From a virus, in IMG/VR virus record IMGVR_UViG_3300046457_000143, positions 13,935 through 77,934 of that record: 64,000 nt of DNA; one strand, given 5' to 3'. Below the pieces are notes generated by a model, which was not told the origin of the DNA, made no database searches, and saw only the letters and a program-made list of their open reading frames with translations. Both the position numbers and the translations under genes were made by a program. This document shows, one piece after another, positions 27,766 to 37,156 of this stretch. Positions within the stretch are counted from its first letter, which is position 1. Every line of letters starts with the position of its first letter.

Positions 27766-28742
27766 GGCGTTTTCAGGTAACGGTCCTTCTGTGTGCAGAC
27801 ATTGAATGACTCACAGTACGAGCAGCGTTTGACTTCGCCGGGTACCGTGATGACAATTCCCTTGCCTCCCTTGTCGACCTTCCAGAACTGGTTCGCTTCG
27901 TGAAGCGCATCAAAATTCTTGGTCGATTTCCCCGAGGTCTTGGTGGGGTCGCTGTAATACTTGAACTTCGGTGCCGAGCGCCAGAGTTCTTCTTCCGTGC
28001 ACTCCGGCAGTTCGCTCTCCGGCGTGTTCCAGTACTTCTGGATCAGCGAGAGCTTCCAGGTGACCCACGCTTCCGTCTCTTCGAGAGAAAGCAATGGCAC
28101 GTCCTTGTAGGCCACCCGCTGCGGCGGATACTTCGGGTTGGACTTCGCATCCGCCGAACTCCAGTCCGTGAACAGGAAGTTGATGCGAATGAAGTCCTCG
28201 GTGATCTTGTCCGGGTTCAGCCAGCGATAGATCGAACCCTGCAGGCGGTAGTCGTCGTCCTTGCCGCCATAGATCCAGGTCCACACGGAGGTGGACTTGT
28301 AGTCCTGCACGATGCCTTCAGCCACCATGTCGAACTTGCCGCCGACGATGTAGACACGGCCATTGACGTTGACTACCCTCTTGGCCCGCTGCTCCAGATA
28401 GATCGGGATCGTCCCTTCCTCTGGCTCATCGGGGTTGATACGGATGCGGTCGATCACATCGTCCGGATAGCCGAGCAGCCGCAGTGATTCGCGGTGACCC
28501 TTGAGCCAGGCCTTCTCGATGGAATCGTGAATGGCCTTGCCAAGCGAGCTGGCAATGAAGTCGGCCACATCGGGCATCACCTTCTGGTGAGCCGGGATGC
28601 GGTGCGGGAGTACGAGGTGACGGAGAGGGCGCATCAGCCGGGTGGCGCTGACGTAGTTCTCATCGTTCTGATAGTCGTACTCGTCATGCAGAAGCCACAC
28701 TGCCATCGGCAGCGAGACATCATTGTTGTTGGTGACGAGCAT
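27762..28742 (-). CDS. PD-(D/E)xK exonuclease (N4 gp42-like)
   Basis: GKAIHDSIE, GGKFD...QDYKST, QGSIY motifs; C-terminal Cys cluster. Confidence 0.8.
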   Translation of the reverse strand: MLVTNNNDVSLPMAVWLLHDEYDYQNDENYVSATRLMRPLRHLVLPHRIPAHQKVMPDVADFIASSLGKAIHDSIEKAWLKGHRESLRLLGYPDDVIDRIRINPDEPEEGTIPIYLEQRAKRVVNVNGRVYIVGGKFDMVAEGIVQDYKSTSVWTWIYGGKDDDYRLQGSIYRWLNPDKITEDFIRINFLFTDWSSADAKSNPKYPPQRVAYKDVPLLSLEETEAWVTWKLSLIQKYWNTPESELPECTEEELWRSAPKFKYYSDPTKTSGKSTKNFDALHEANQFWKVDKGGKGIVITVPGEVKRCSYCESFNVCTQKDRYLKTP

Positions 28743-28790
28743 GAGGAGTCCTCAATGGTGAATGGGTAGAAGCGGAACCAGGGAAAGACT

Positions 28791-29135
28791 TCAGGGGATC
28801 TTGAATGCCTTGCTTACCTGGGCAGCGAATTCCCGTTCCTTCTGGGTCACCGGTTTTCCCTCAGCCAGCTCCAGCTCACGCAGGGAACGCCTGGCGTAGT
28901 GCACGCGCTTCTCAGCGTCGTACTTCGCTTTCTGCCCCGGCTTGCCATTGCCCAGACGGGCAGCGGCGGTGCGCCAGATCGCCTTGAATTCACAGGCTTC
29001 GTTGAAGTCCATGTTCAGGGCGGCGATGATGTCCTCGCACTCAGCCTGGTAGGGCAGCTGCTCTTCCCGCTGCGGATGATCCACCTGGGCCAGGTAGTAA
29101 TTCACCCGGCCGCCTGTGAGCTTGGCGCCGCTCAT
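28791..29135 (-). CDS. Hypothetical protein, DUF3310-like
   Basis: GGRVNYY, ECEDII, F..A..FKAIWR, YDAEKRVHY pattern. Confidence 0.6.
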   Translation of the reverse strand: MSGAKLTGGRVNYYLAQVDHPQREEQLPYQAECEDIIAALNMDFNEACEFKAIWRTAAARLGNGKPGQKAKYDAEKRVHYARRSLRELELAEGKPVTQKEREFAAQVSKAFKIP

Positions 29136-29500
29136 TGCAGCGATACTCCGGCCGACTTGACGACCTCCAGCGCCGCAGCCTTCTTCACCACCGGGCGGTG
29201 CAGGAACTCTTCCTCGGTCATGAAACCGAGGCTGATGATGTTCTGGAACACCACGTCGATGACCTGGATTTCAGCGAACGCTTCATCACCCAGCTTGTGC
29301 TTGAGCACCATCTGCGCTTCGACCTGTGCACGGGCGAGCTCGGCAGCACCGATGCGGTCTTCCTTGCTGGTGATGCGGGCATTCAGGCGCGCAAAGGTCG
29401 GCTGACCCTTGGGCTGATTCTTCTCGTCGAGTACGACGAAGGTGATCTCGGCAGCGATCAGGAAGTGAAACCGCTTGCCGTTCTGGACGGTTGATTTCAT
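29132..29500 (-). CDS. Hypothetical protein
   Basis: 122-aa ORF with AGAGG RBS, overlap-coupled to the next gene. Confidence 0.65.
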   Translation of the reverse strand: MKSTVQNGKRFHFLIAAEITFVVLDEKNQPKGQPTFARLNARITSKEDRIGAAELARAQVEAQMVLKHKLGDEAFAEIQVIDVVFQNIISLGFMTEEEFLHRPVVKKAAALEVVKSAGVSLQ

Positions 29501-29549
29501 GTGGGCCTCTTCTAAAGGGAAAGAAGGGGAGCACCGCGTTGGCTGCTCC

Positions 29550-29568
29550 CCTCAAACTTATATCTAAT
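29550..29568 (-). promoter_or_regulatory. Putative RNAP II (middle) promoter
   Basis: ATTAGATATAAGTTTGAGG; the same motif recurs in several intergenic regions. Confidence 0.65.
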
Positions 29569-29627
29569 GGATGGATGATAAAGGACTGATTCCGCAGTGT
29601 CCAGCGGTTAACGACACCCAAAGAAAG

Positions 29628-32285
29628 CTATGCAGGTTCGGCGGTCAGGATCTCTGCGATCTCCTCTTCCCTGGCCCCATTGGGGATGCCGATCTCGTCG
29701 GCCCAGGTCGGGAAGAACACGGACAGCTCGCCGCCGAGTTTGACCTCGTCGTGCCAGATATCCGGGTGGTCCTGCCACTGCACGGCCTTGACCAGGTGCT
29801 CATTCATGAAGGCGAGTGCGGCCAGATCCTCCCGGACCAGGTAATACTGCGCATCGTGAATGTGTGAGACCGGCCGGATGTCGTGCCGGTACTTCGACCC
29901 CCGCACCTTTTCCATGAATTCGACGCAGGCACGGGTGTTGAGCAGACACCAGCTCTGGCCCATGGCATTGCCGGCTGTGCGGCCTTCCGCCTCGGCTTCC
30001 CGTGGCGTCTTGCTCGTGCCCCGGATAACCTGAGCCAGACGGGGAGTGCGGACCCGCAGCCCGAAAGCCACGGTGACGTAGCCGTCTTTGGCCGCCTGGT
30101 CGAGCCGGTCCTGCACCCACTTGATGCTGACGTGGTAGAGCGACTTGTAGGCCGCCTCAATGGCCGTGGCCAGCGTGAGCGTGAAGCCACAGTTCTTCAT
30201 CAGCGTCGAGAAGGTGCCCTGATACGTCAGCGCAAAGGTGGGCGCCTTCGAGTCCTGCCGGTAGTCCTTGTACTTCACCTCGATGGAGTTGATGCTCGCC
30301 ACCGAGTTGGGATCGATGTCGGGCATCTTGTCCCCGAAGTACGCGTGAGCACGTAGACAGTGACCGTCATAGCCATCGGTGTAGACCTTCAGCTTGTTCG
30401 GATCCTTCGTCGTGAGCGCACTGATGCGATCTTCGAGGGATGCGAAGTCCAGTCCCGTGAAGATCCAGCCGGGCGGCGCCTGGAAGCAGTACTTGATCAG
30501 CTTGCCGAGCGAGAGCTTGCCCTTCTTCACGAACTTGGCCAGCACCGGGTAGGCAGCGAGGAGCGCCGCGGAGATCGCCATCACCACGTTGGCCGGCAGA
30601 TTCTGCATGTTCGGGTCGTTCGAACTCAGGCGGCCGGAGACCGTGCCGCCCAGGTTGTAGTTGCCGAACAGGTACCACCAGCCGTCCGGCCCCTGCTGCG
30701 CATTCTTCAGCGCCGGGATGAAGCTGGTCAGGATCTTGTCCACCGCCGCATGCTCAATCAGTGCGGCAAACATGGCCTGCACATCAGGATCCTTCGAGTG
30801 GTTCTTCAGCTTGTCGAGCGTGTCGCCATCGCACGAAGGCTGCCCGGTTTTCGTCAGCGAGATGACTGGCAGGCCCAGCATGCCGTACAGCAGATCCTGC
30901 ATCTGCGTGGACGAGCGTGGATTGAACACCACATCATCTGGCACTTCGGCCAGCGTGATGCGCTTCTTCTTCCACTTGCCGTGCATCTTCTCGATGTACT
31001 TTTCCTTCAGCCGGTACTCGAATTGCTCGATGACCTTTGTCCCCTTGAGACGGACCATCACATCGTCATACACCGCCTGTAATGCGGTATCGACTTCCAT
31101 GACTGCAGGCATATAGACGGGCATGCCCGTCAGCTGCATCTGGATGATGTCCTTGGTCCCCGGCTTGAACAGCTTCTCGTAGGTGTTGAGTTGCTGGTCT
31201 GCCACCATCGTGGGGTAGTGCTTGTCGTGCGTGTACCAGGTCGAGAGGCCGTCGATCAGGTTGTATTCGAGCAGCTGCGTGAGCGGGATCCGGGTGATGT
31301 CGTTGATCTCGGTCTGCGCGTAGTTGCCGGCGAATGCCTGTGCCTGCGTCTTCAGACTCAGGTCGTTACCGGCACACGAATTCGTCGCAAAGTACGTGAT
31401 GAGCAGCGAGCAGTCCCAGTTCTTCAGCAGCACTTCCTGACCATGGAGCAACCCCTCGGTGTCGAGGATGTGATCCATGTAGAGCTGGTAGATCAGGATG
31501 TACACGTCGAAGGCGATCCGGTGATAGATCGCCCGCTGACTCATCCGCTCAAAGAAGTGCCGCAGCAGCTTCCTGCGGTGTTCGTTGCGCACCTGACGGC
31601 CGAACGGGGCAGACGTGGCGCCCTCGATGGGCACGTAGTCGACCGGGAAGGCAATTCCTTCTCCTTGGTTCCAGGCGAAGCTGATCGTGCCGATTCCGGC
31701 GTTGTAGTGCTTCAGGCCGAACGTCTCGATGTCCACCGTGAGTGGGACGTTCATGGCGAGGAGCCGCTCCAGCCACGCCTCGATCTCGCCGTCGGTCGTG
31801 GGATATTCCGCGAACCTGATGAGGTCGTGGCCGGGGGCGTTGTAGGCGCCGGTGGCGTGACCAACCAGCGCATCCATCGCCTGCTTGATCCGTTCCTTGC
31901 ATCCCTTCGGATCATGGAACATGGTCCGGTACGAGGGGATGTAGAGCACCTTCTGCGGCCCGTACTTGCTGTCCATCACGTAGCCAAGATTGGCATCGGC
32001 CTTCGCAGCGCCGGTGAGCGCCTTGAAGTAGCCGGAGTCGGACACCAGGATGTACTGGCACTTGTTGTCGTCGATGACTTCCTGCAGCTGCTCGGTGAGG
32101 TAGCGCTGCATCTCACCGACCGAGGTTTTCTTGCCGGTGAAGTGCAGGTCCAGCACCATCACGTCTTCCTTATCCACCACTGAGCCAGAGGGGAAATAGA
32201 CCCGCTCGATCTCGCTGATCTGGATCTGCCCGACCAGCAGGCAGACGGGATAGGTGGGTTGCTGCTCCCAGACGTGGTGGCGCAT
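29628..32285 (-). CDS. DNA polymerase, family A (N4 gp39-like)
   Basis: Exo I VDIETF; SGRLSSNDPNMQNLP; motif A DFASLEDR; motif B RQDSKAPTFALTY; motif C HIHDA. Confidence 0.95.
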   Translation of the reverse strand: MRHHVWEQQPTYPVCLLVGQIQISEIERVYFPSGSVVDKEDVMVLDLHFTGKKTSVGEMQRYLTEQLQEVIDDNKCQYILVSDSGYFKALTGAAKADANLGYVMDSKYGPQKVLYIPSYRTMFHDPKGCKERIKQAMDALVGHATGAYNAPGHDLIRFAEYPTTDGEIEAWLERLLAMNVPLTVDIETFGLKHYNAGIGTISFAWNQGEGIAFPVDYVPIEGATSAPFGRQVRNEHRRKLLRHFFERMSQRAIYHRIAFDVYILIYQLYMDHILDTEGLLHGQEVLLKNWDCSLLITYFATNSCAGNDLSLKTQAQAFAGNYAQTEINDITRIPLTQLLEYNLIDGLSTWYTHDKHYPTMVADQQLNTYEKLFKPGTKDIIQMQLTGMPVYMPAVMEVDTALQAVYDDVMVRLKGTKVIEQFEYRLKEKYIEKMHGKWKKKRITLAEVPDDVVFNPRSSTQMQDLLYGMLGLPVISLTKTGQPSCDGDTLDKLKNHSKDPDVQAMFAALIEHAAVDKILTSFIPALKNAQQGPDGWWYLFGNYNLGGTVSGRLSSNDPNMQNLPANVVMAISAALLAAYPVLAKFVKKGKLSLGKLIKYCFQAPPGWIFTGLDFASLEDRISALTTKDPNKLKVYTDGYDGHCLRAHAYFGDKMPDIDPNSVASINSIEVKYKDYRQDSKAPTFALTYQGTFSTLMKNCGFTLTLATAIEAAYKSLYHVSIKWVQDRLDQAAKDGYVTVAFGLRVRTPRLAQVIRGTSKTPREAEAEGRTAGNAMGQSWCLLNTRACVEFMEKVRGSKYRHDIRPVSHIHDAQYYLVREDLAALAFMNEHLVKAVQWQDHPDIWHDEVKLGGELSVFFPTWADEIGIPNGAREEEIAEILTAEPA

Positions 32286-32302
32286 GGCGTGAAGTTCCTT
32301 CT

Positions 32303-32842
32303 TCAGTAAATCATTCGACTGATTGCATACAGCTCGATCCTCGGCAGGATCCGCTGGTACATCTTCAAGTCCCGATCGTTCAGACATGCGGCCTCCTCGA
32401 AAGGAACAGTACGGGGGGTCTGCCGGTCACGCTCATTGAGATAGCTGATGAGCACTTCAGGCAGACGGTTGCGAAAATCCTGGGTGTCGGTGTAGCCATT
32501 CAGGCACTTGTAGAGCATCTGCTGGATCGACTGACGGTCCCGGTCGATGTAGGTCCGGTCGGCCAGGTGGTCATCCATGTCCGACCAGAGCGTCAGGTGC
32601 AGCGTCGGGTAATGCCGGTTCTGGGGGATGGCGAATGCCCGTGCCGAGCGGTACACCGTGCCCTTGTACATAAAGGCGAGCACCCCATGCGACGGGGCAA
32701 TCTCTTCCTGCCGCTCGACCATGCGGTCGATGGCGGTTTGCAGCCGGCGATTCTCGGCGGCGAACATCTGCGCCAGCATCCCGTCGATGAACTTCGACAG
32801 GGCGTTTTCCGGCGTCGTTGGGGTTGGTCCTCGGCGGGGCAT
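32303..32842 (-). CDS. Hypothetical protein (N4 gp38-like position)
   Basis: 179-aa ORF with RBS, between helicase and polymerase. Confidence 0.7.
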   Translation of the reverse strand: MPRRGPTPTTPENALSKFIDGMLAQMFAAENRRLQTAIDRMVERQEEIAPSHGVLAFMYKGTVYRSARAFAIPQNRHYPTLHLTLWSDMDDHLADRTYIDRDRQSIQQMLYKCLNGYTDTQDFRNRLPEVLISYLNERDRQTPRTVPFEEAACLNDRDLKMYQRILPRIELYAISRMIY

Positions 32843-32857
32843 AGCTCTTCCTCTGGT

Positions 32858-34168
32858 TCAGGTAATGAGGCCTCCAAACTTGGACGCCAGTTCGCCATAA
32901 CAGACGACACGGCGGCGTGCACGGGAGAAGGCGACGTAAAGCAGGCGGGCTGCCTGATCGGGGTTGCGGCAGGTGGACAGGTCACCCAGGTCGAGAAAGA
33001 CCGTCTCGTAGGTGCTGCCCTGGGCCTTGTGCGTGGTGGCTGCATCACGCTGGCGAAGGTCGGGAAAACCGTTCTTCAGTGCGTAATAGGTCCGCCACAG
33101 CTTCTTGCCCTTGTAGTACTTGAGCAGGCTGTCATAGTGGTCCCGGTCCACCGGAATCATCACGTCCCGGTACACCTCGTTGTACCGGTTTTGCAGCACC
33201 GCACGGACACACTCGAGCTCGGCATCGCCTTCGTTGATGTCGACCATTTCATTGGTCGGATTCAGCTCGACGATCTCGACTTCCTCTTCGGCGTGCATGG
33301 TGCCGTTTTTTACGACGCAGCCGCCGTTGTTGACCAGGAACTCGCCCACGGTGAAGTCATCGCCCAGTCCCCGGAGATCCCGGATGTGCTGGTTGTAGAG
33401 CTTCACGCGGTTGTTCGTGTAGCAGAGGATGCGGCTGTCAAACGTCTGCTGTTTGAACGTGCGCTCGATCTCGGCTTCCATCTGGGCGGAGTCGAGCAGG
33501 TCGATCACACCCGGCACGATCCGGATCGGATGAAAGACACCGTCGTTGACCGTCTGGCGAAGCTGCGCATTGGTCGCCTGCAGATCCGGGTTGTTGGTCC
33601 GCATCTGCTCGGTCAGCTCGAAGAAGTTCGTTGTCGCCTGCGGGCCATAGACCGGGCTGACGGCTTCCATCACCGGGTTGAGCTGGCGATCGTCCCCGAC
33701 GAACACGATCTTGCAGTTCAGCGTGCCTTCACGAATCATGTTCAGCAGACCTGTGTCGATCATCGAGGCCTCGTCGATGAAGATGATCTTGTTGCGGTGA
33801 ATCGTCCACTGCTTGCCCCGGTCCAGATAGGTCTTGCCACTGGACCAGTCCTCCCTGATGACGAGATTCATGAAGGAGTGGATGGTGGAAGTGGGGCGCT
33901 TGGCCGCTTCGGCCAGCACTTCGGCGGCCTTGTTGGTGGTTGCCGTCATCACCACTTCCGTGTATTCGGGCTTCACGTCGATCATCTTGCAGGTGTTCAG
34001 ATAACTGGGCATGACCTGGTCAATCAGATGCGACATGAGGTACGTTTTACCCACACCACCGGGGCCGGAGATGCGGATCTCTTTCTCAGGGCTGAACAGG
34101 AAGTCCATGAAGCCATCAGCCGCTGCCTTTTGTCCCTGGTTCAGCGGGACGGTTTTCAGTTGTTCCAT
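32858..34168 (-). CDS. SF1B DNA helicase (Dda/RecD-like; N4 gp37)
   Basis: GPGGVGKT, ATTNKAA, IDEASM, GDDRQL, THKAQGSTY, YVAFSRAR. Confidence 0.93.
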   Translation of the reverse strand: MEQLKTVPLNQGQKAAADGFMDFLFSPEKEIRISGPGGVGKTYLMSHLIDQVMPSYLNTCKMIDVKPEYTEVVMTATTNKAAEVLAEAAKRPTSTIHSFMNLVIREDWSSGKTYLDRGKQWTIHRNKIIFIDEASMIDTGLLNMIREGTLNCKIVFVGDDRQLNPVMEAVSPVYGPQATTNFFELTEQMRTNNPDLQATNAQLRQTVNDGVFHPIRIVPGVIDLLDSAQMEAEIERTFKQQTFDSRILCYTNNRVKLYNQHIRDLRGLGDDFTVGEFLVNNGGCVVKNGTMHAEEEVEIVELNPTNEMVDINEGDAELECVRAVLQNRYNEVYRDVMIPVDRDHYDSLLKYYKGKKLWRTYYALKNGFPDLRQRDAATTHKAQGSTYETVFLDLGDLSTCRNPDQAARLLYVAFSRARRRVVCYGELASKFGGLIT

Positions 34169-34229
34169 GTAGGAGTCCTAATAGGGATACGCCCCTGACC
34201 GGAGCCAGGGGGACAAACAGATGGGGGAG

Positions 34230-34745
34230 TTACTGCGGGTCGTCGAAGACGGGGATGCGCTGCGGTACGAACTGTTCGAGGTTGGCCTTGAAGTAGTCCG
34301 GTCCCTTCATGATCTTGCCGTTGGCGTCCACGATGGCCTTGCCATCGACGAACTTCGACCAGTTGGAGTCGTTGACTTCAGCGAGTGCTTCGACAACCGG
34401 GAAACCGCAATGCTGGCCCACACCGGAGGCGGTGACCACCTGATCGCACAGTGAGTCCAGAAAGTCCTTGCGGTCTTCCGGCAGGACCGTGATGACACGA
34501 TCGTTCGCTTTCAGGTGACTGGCTAATGCCTTGAGGGCAACTCTCGCCTCGTGCAGTAGCACCGCAGTCTGGGGATTACACGGAGTAATCTCATCGACCA
34601 TTTCACCAACTTCTTCGAAGTGGACGCCGGTTTGCGTATGGAACTGCTTGCTGGTTGGATTTGGACGGGCTTCCTTGAACCAGTCAAGAGTTGCGCTCAG
34701 GGTATTACTTTGCTGTTTTTGGTCTTGGTTTGACACTTGAATCAC
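34230..34745 (-). CDS. MazG-like NTP pyrophosphohydrolase
   Basis: EEVGEM, LDSLCDQVV, EVNDSNWSK, GKIMKGPDY motifs. Confidence 0.85.
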   Translation of the reverse strand: MIQVSNQDQKQQSNTLSATLDWFKEARPNPTSKQFHTQTGVHFEEVGEMVDEITPCNPQTAVLLHEARVALKALASHLKANDRVITVLPEDRKDFLDSLCDQVVTASGVGQHCGFPVVEALAEVNDSNWSKFVDGKAIVDANGKIMKGPDYFKANLEQFVPQRIPVFDDPQ

Positions 34746-35043
34746 CGTTGGCTAGGAACTCCTTGACCAACAGGTTGCGCACAAGATCCTTGATCGAGAT
34801 ATGCGGCCCTAGTTGTTTGACCAACCAGTCCTGTTGTTTTGGAGTTAATGATTTAAAGACATCCTCCATAAAGGTGCGTCGAGTGTCAGCAGGGCTGATC
34901 CCAAGTGCCTTTAAGCGGAGGGTGATCGTTGTTGGATGACACTCCAACAGCTTTGCAATGGTGGACAAGGACAATCCGACGCTGTTTAGTCGGATGATGT
35001 CCTCGTCCGTTGCCTTTCGGTTAGCCCGGTAGACGCCTGACAT
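34705..35043 (-). CDS. HTH DNA-binding protein (N4 gp35-like)
   Basis: IIRLNSVGLSLSTIAKLLECHPTTITLRL helix-turn-helix; DTRRTFME. Confidence 0.8.
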   Translation of the reverse strand: MSGVYRANRKATDEDIIRLNSVGLSLSTIAKLLECHPTTITLRLKALGISPADTRRTFMEDVFKSLTPKQQDWLVKQLGPHISIKDLVRNLLVKEFLANGDSSVKPRPKTAK

Positions 35044-35134
35044 GACTGTGAATCTCCTCAAAATAACCTCTAGTTTGACATGACTAGAACTATCTTGGAA
35101 GTCAAGCAGGTTTACTGTGGCTTACCGCACAAAG

Positions 35135-37156
35135 CTAGGCAGCCAACTTCTTCTTGAGGCGGTAGACCTGGTCCTTAGACAGGCCCGTCTTTCTGGCCAC
35201 CTCGATGTTGCTAAGTCCCTGATCAAGCAGGGCAAGTGCTTCCGTCTGCTTGTCCCCGGTGGTGATCACCTCGGTCTTCTGGCCCTTGGGGGTGCTTTTG
35301 CTCACGGCCTTCACAGGCTTGGGAGCGTTTACCGGTGCGGGTTTCGCGCCGAGTACTGCATCGAGTGTGACGGCTGTGTTCTCCGGCAGACCCAATGCTG
35401 TCCAGCTCTTGCGGGACTGCTTCTTGAGTGCCTTCAGATCTTGCGCAGCTGCCGCACGTTCGATTTCAGTTTTTGCCTTGTTGACTGCCTGAAGGAGGGC
35501 GGTAGCCTTGTCTTTCTGGCTCAACGTGCCGGTGCTTTCCACGGTCGATTCTGCCTTGTCCCCCAATGTTTCTTTGGGGTCATTTGACATAATAAAGATT
35601 ATCGAAGCCAAATCGTGGGGCTGTTCGGCAGGGGTTTCCGGTGCCTCGACAGCCGGCTTGACCAGATCTTCAGCCTTGACATCGGGCGCTACCGGCAGCT
35701 TCGCCTCCAGTGCTTCGGTCATGTCGAGTGCCGAGGCGGCACCGCTGATCGGCGCCGGGATCTGTTCCGCTGAACGCAGGCCCGTGTCCGTGTAGGTCAC
35801 GTTGGTGCCGCTGTGGCCGCCGACTTCGACGAGCTGCGTGATACCGATGTGGTTGCCACGCAGCACGTTGTTCAGCAGCACCGCGCCTTCCGGATCCTGC
35901 GAGATCGACACACCCTGATCCACCAGTTGACGCAGTCTGTCCGGCAGCTCAGCGAGGATGTGGTAACCCGCCACCCGCATCTTCGTGTGCTCGTACTCCG
36001 GCACCGCAAACACGTCTTCCGGACGGAGCTTGGCCATGATCGTCACGTTGCCGCTGAAGCTGCGCACGTAGCTCATCACGCCTACATGCAGACCGTTCGA
36101 GCACGAGTTGCGGCGGTTCGGATCGACCAGGTGCGGCAACAGGTAGACGTAGCTGCCGACCTTCTGACGGATCTTGCCCGTGTGCACGTCGACGAAGACA
36201 CCCTTCTCGGCACGGTTCAGCTTCTTGTAGATGACGATGGAACCGTCATCGGCAATCGGCAGATCGCCCTTCTCGATGAATTTCATCAGGTCTTCGACGC
36301 TGTGCCCACGCTGGTCGATGATGGCCGACAGGCGCTCGATGAAGCGCGTGAATCCAGCGTAGTTCTGGAGCTTCTCCGACTGGCGAAGGTGACGGGCGAG
36401 CTTCTGCGCATCCGGCACGATGGCACCGGTCTCCGTGTGCAGGGCGACGATCGTTTCCGTCTTCTCGTCGAGCGGCGTGTGAAACTCGGCACGCTCCGTG
36501 CCCACACTGTTGCCGACCAGCTGCTGCATGCGGTCTTTTGCGACCGCCAGCTTTTCGGCATTGGTCACTTCCCTGACGTACCCGGTGGCAGGATCGACCT
36601 TGACGCTGAGGTTTGTCGGGTAGACTAGCGTGGCCTGACCGGTAGTTGCGTTTTCCTTTTGCGTAGCCGTAGCTTCATCAGCCACAGCCGGCGTCGGATC
36701 TGCAGGTTCATCCTCTTCCTTGGTTCCCTGGTTCGTCGCTTCCTTGGGCACATGGTGAATGCCCATGCCCGAGTCCACCACTTCGAACTTCGACTCCGGC
36801 TGGCCCGGAAATACGCCGATCGAGAGCGGCGAGATGTACGCCACTTCTTCCGGCACGGCCACCGGCGACTCCGTGTTGACGAGCTTCTTCAGGAAGCTCT
36901 TGGCCACCTTGAAGAACTTGATCACACCACCGGTACCCTTCTCCGCTGCGCCGAACTCGCTGCGCACGATGTGCACCGGCGTGATATCGACAGCTGCCGG
37001 CTTTCCCTGTGCGAGCAGCTCCTTGGAGGCACTCACGATACCCGGCAGGCGTGCATCACCCTGAGCCAGGGTGAGCGTGCTGCCGTCCTGGAAATACAGC
37101 ACGGCGTAACGGGTATCGACCGACAGTGCCACGATGGTGACGAGGTTATTGTTCAT
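35135..37156 (-). CDS. rIIB-like protein
   Basis: LPIADDGSIVIYK, VDPNRRNSCSNGLHV and KMRV motifs; C-terminal HTH. Confidence 0.88.
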   Translation of the reverse strand: MNNNLVTIVALSVDTRYAVLYFQDGSTLTLAQGDARLPGIVSASKELLAQGKPAAVDITPVHIVRSEFGAAEKGTGGVIKFFKVAKSFLKKLVNTESPVAVPEEVAYISPLSIGVFPGQPESKFEVVDSGMGIHHVPKEATNQGTKEEDEPADPTPAVADEATATQKENATTGQATLVYPTNLSVKVDPATGYVREVTNAEKLAVAKDRMQQLVGNSVGTERAEFHTPLDEKTETIVALHTETGAIVPDAQKLARHLRQSEKLQNYAGFTRFIERLSAIIDQRGHSVEDLMKFIEKGDLPIADDGSIVIYKKLNRAEKGVFVDVHTGKIRQKVGSYVYLLPHLVDPNRRNSCSNGLHVGVMSYVRSFSGNVTIMAKLRPEDVFAVPEYEHTKMRVAGYHILAELPDRLRQLVDQGVSISQDPEGAVLLNNVLRGNHIGITQLVEVGGHSGTNVTYTDTGLRSAEQIPAPISGAASALDMTEALEAKLPVAPDVKAEDLVKPAVEAPETPAEQPHDLASIIFIMSNDPKETLGDKAESTVESTGTLSQKDKATALLQAVNKAKTEIERAAAAQDLKALKKQSRKSWTALGLPENTAVTLDAVLGAKPAPVNAPKPVKAVSKSTPKGQKTEVITTGDKQTEALALLDQGLSNIEVARKTGLSKDQVYRLKKKLAA

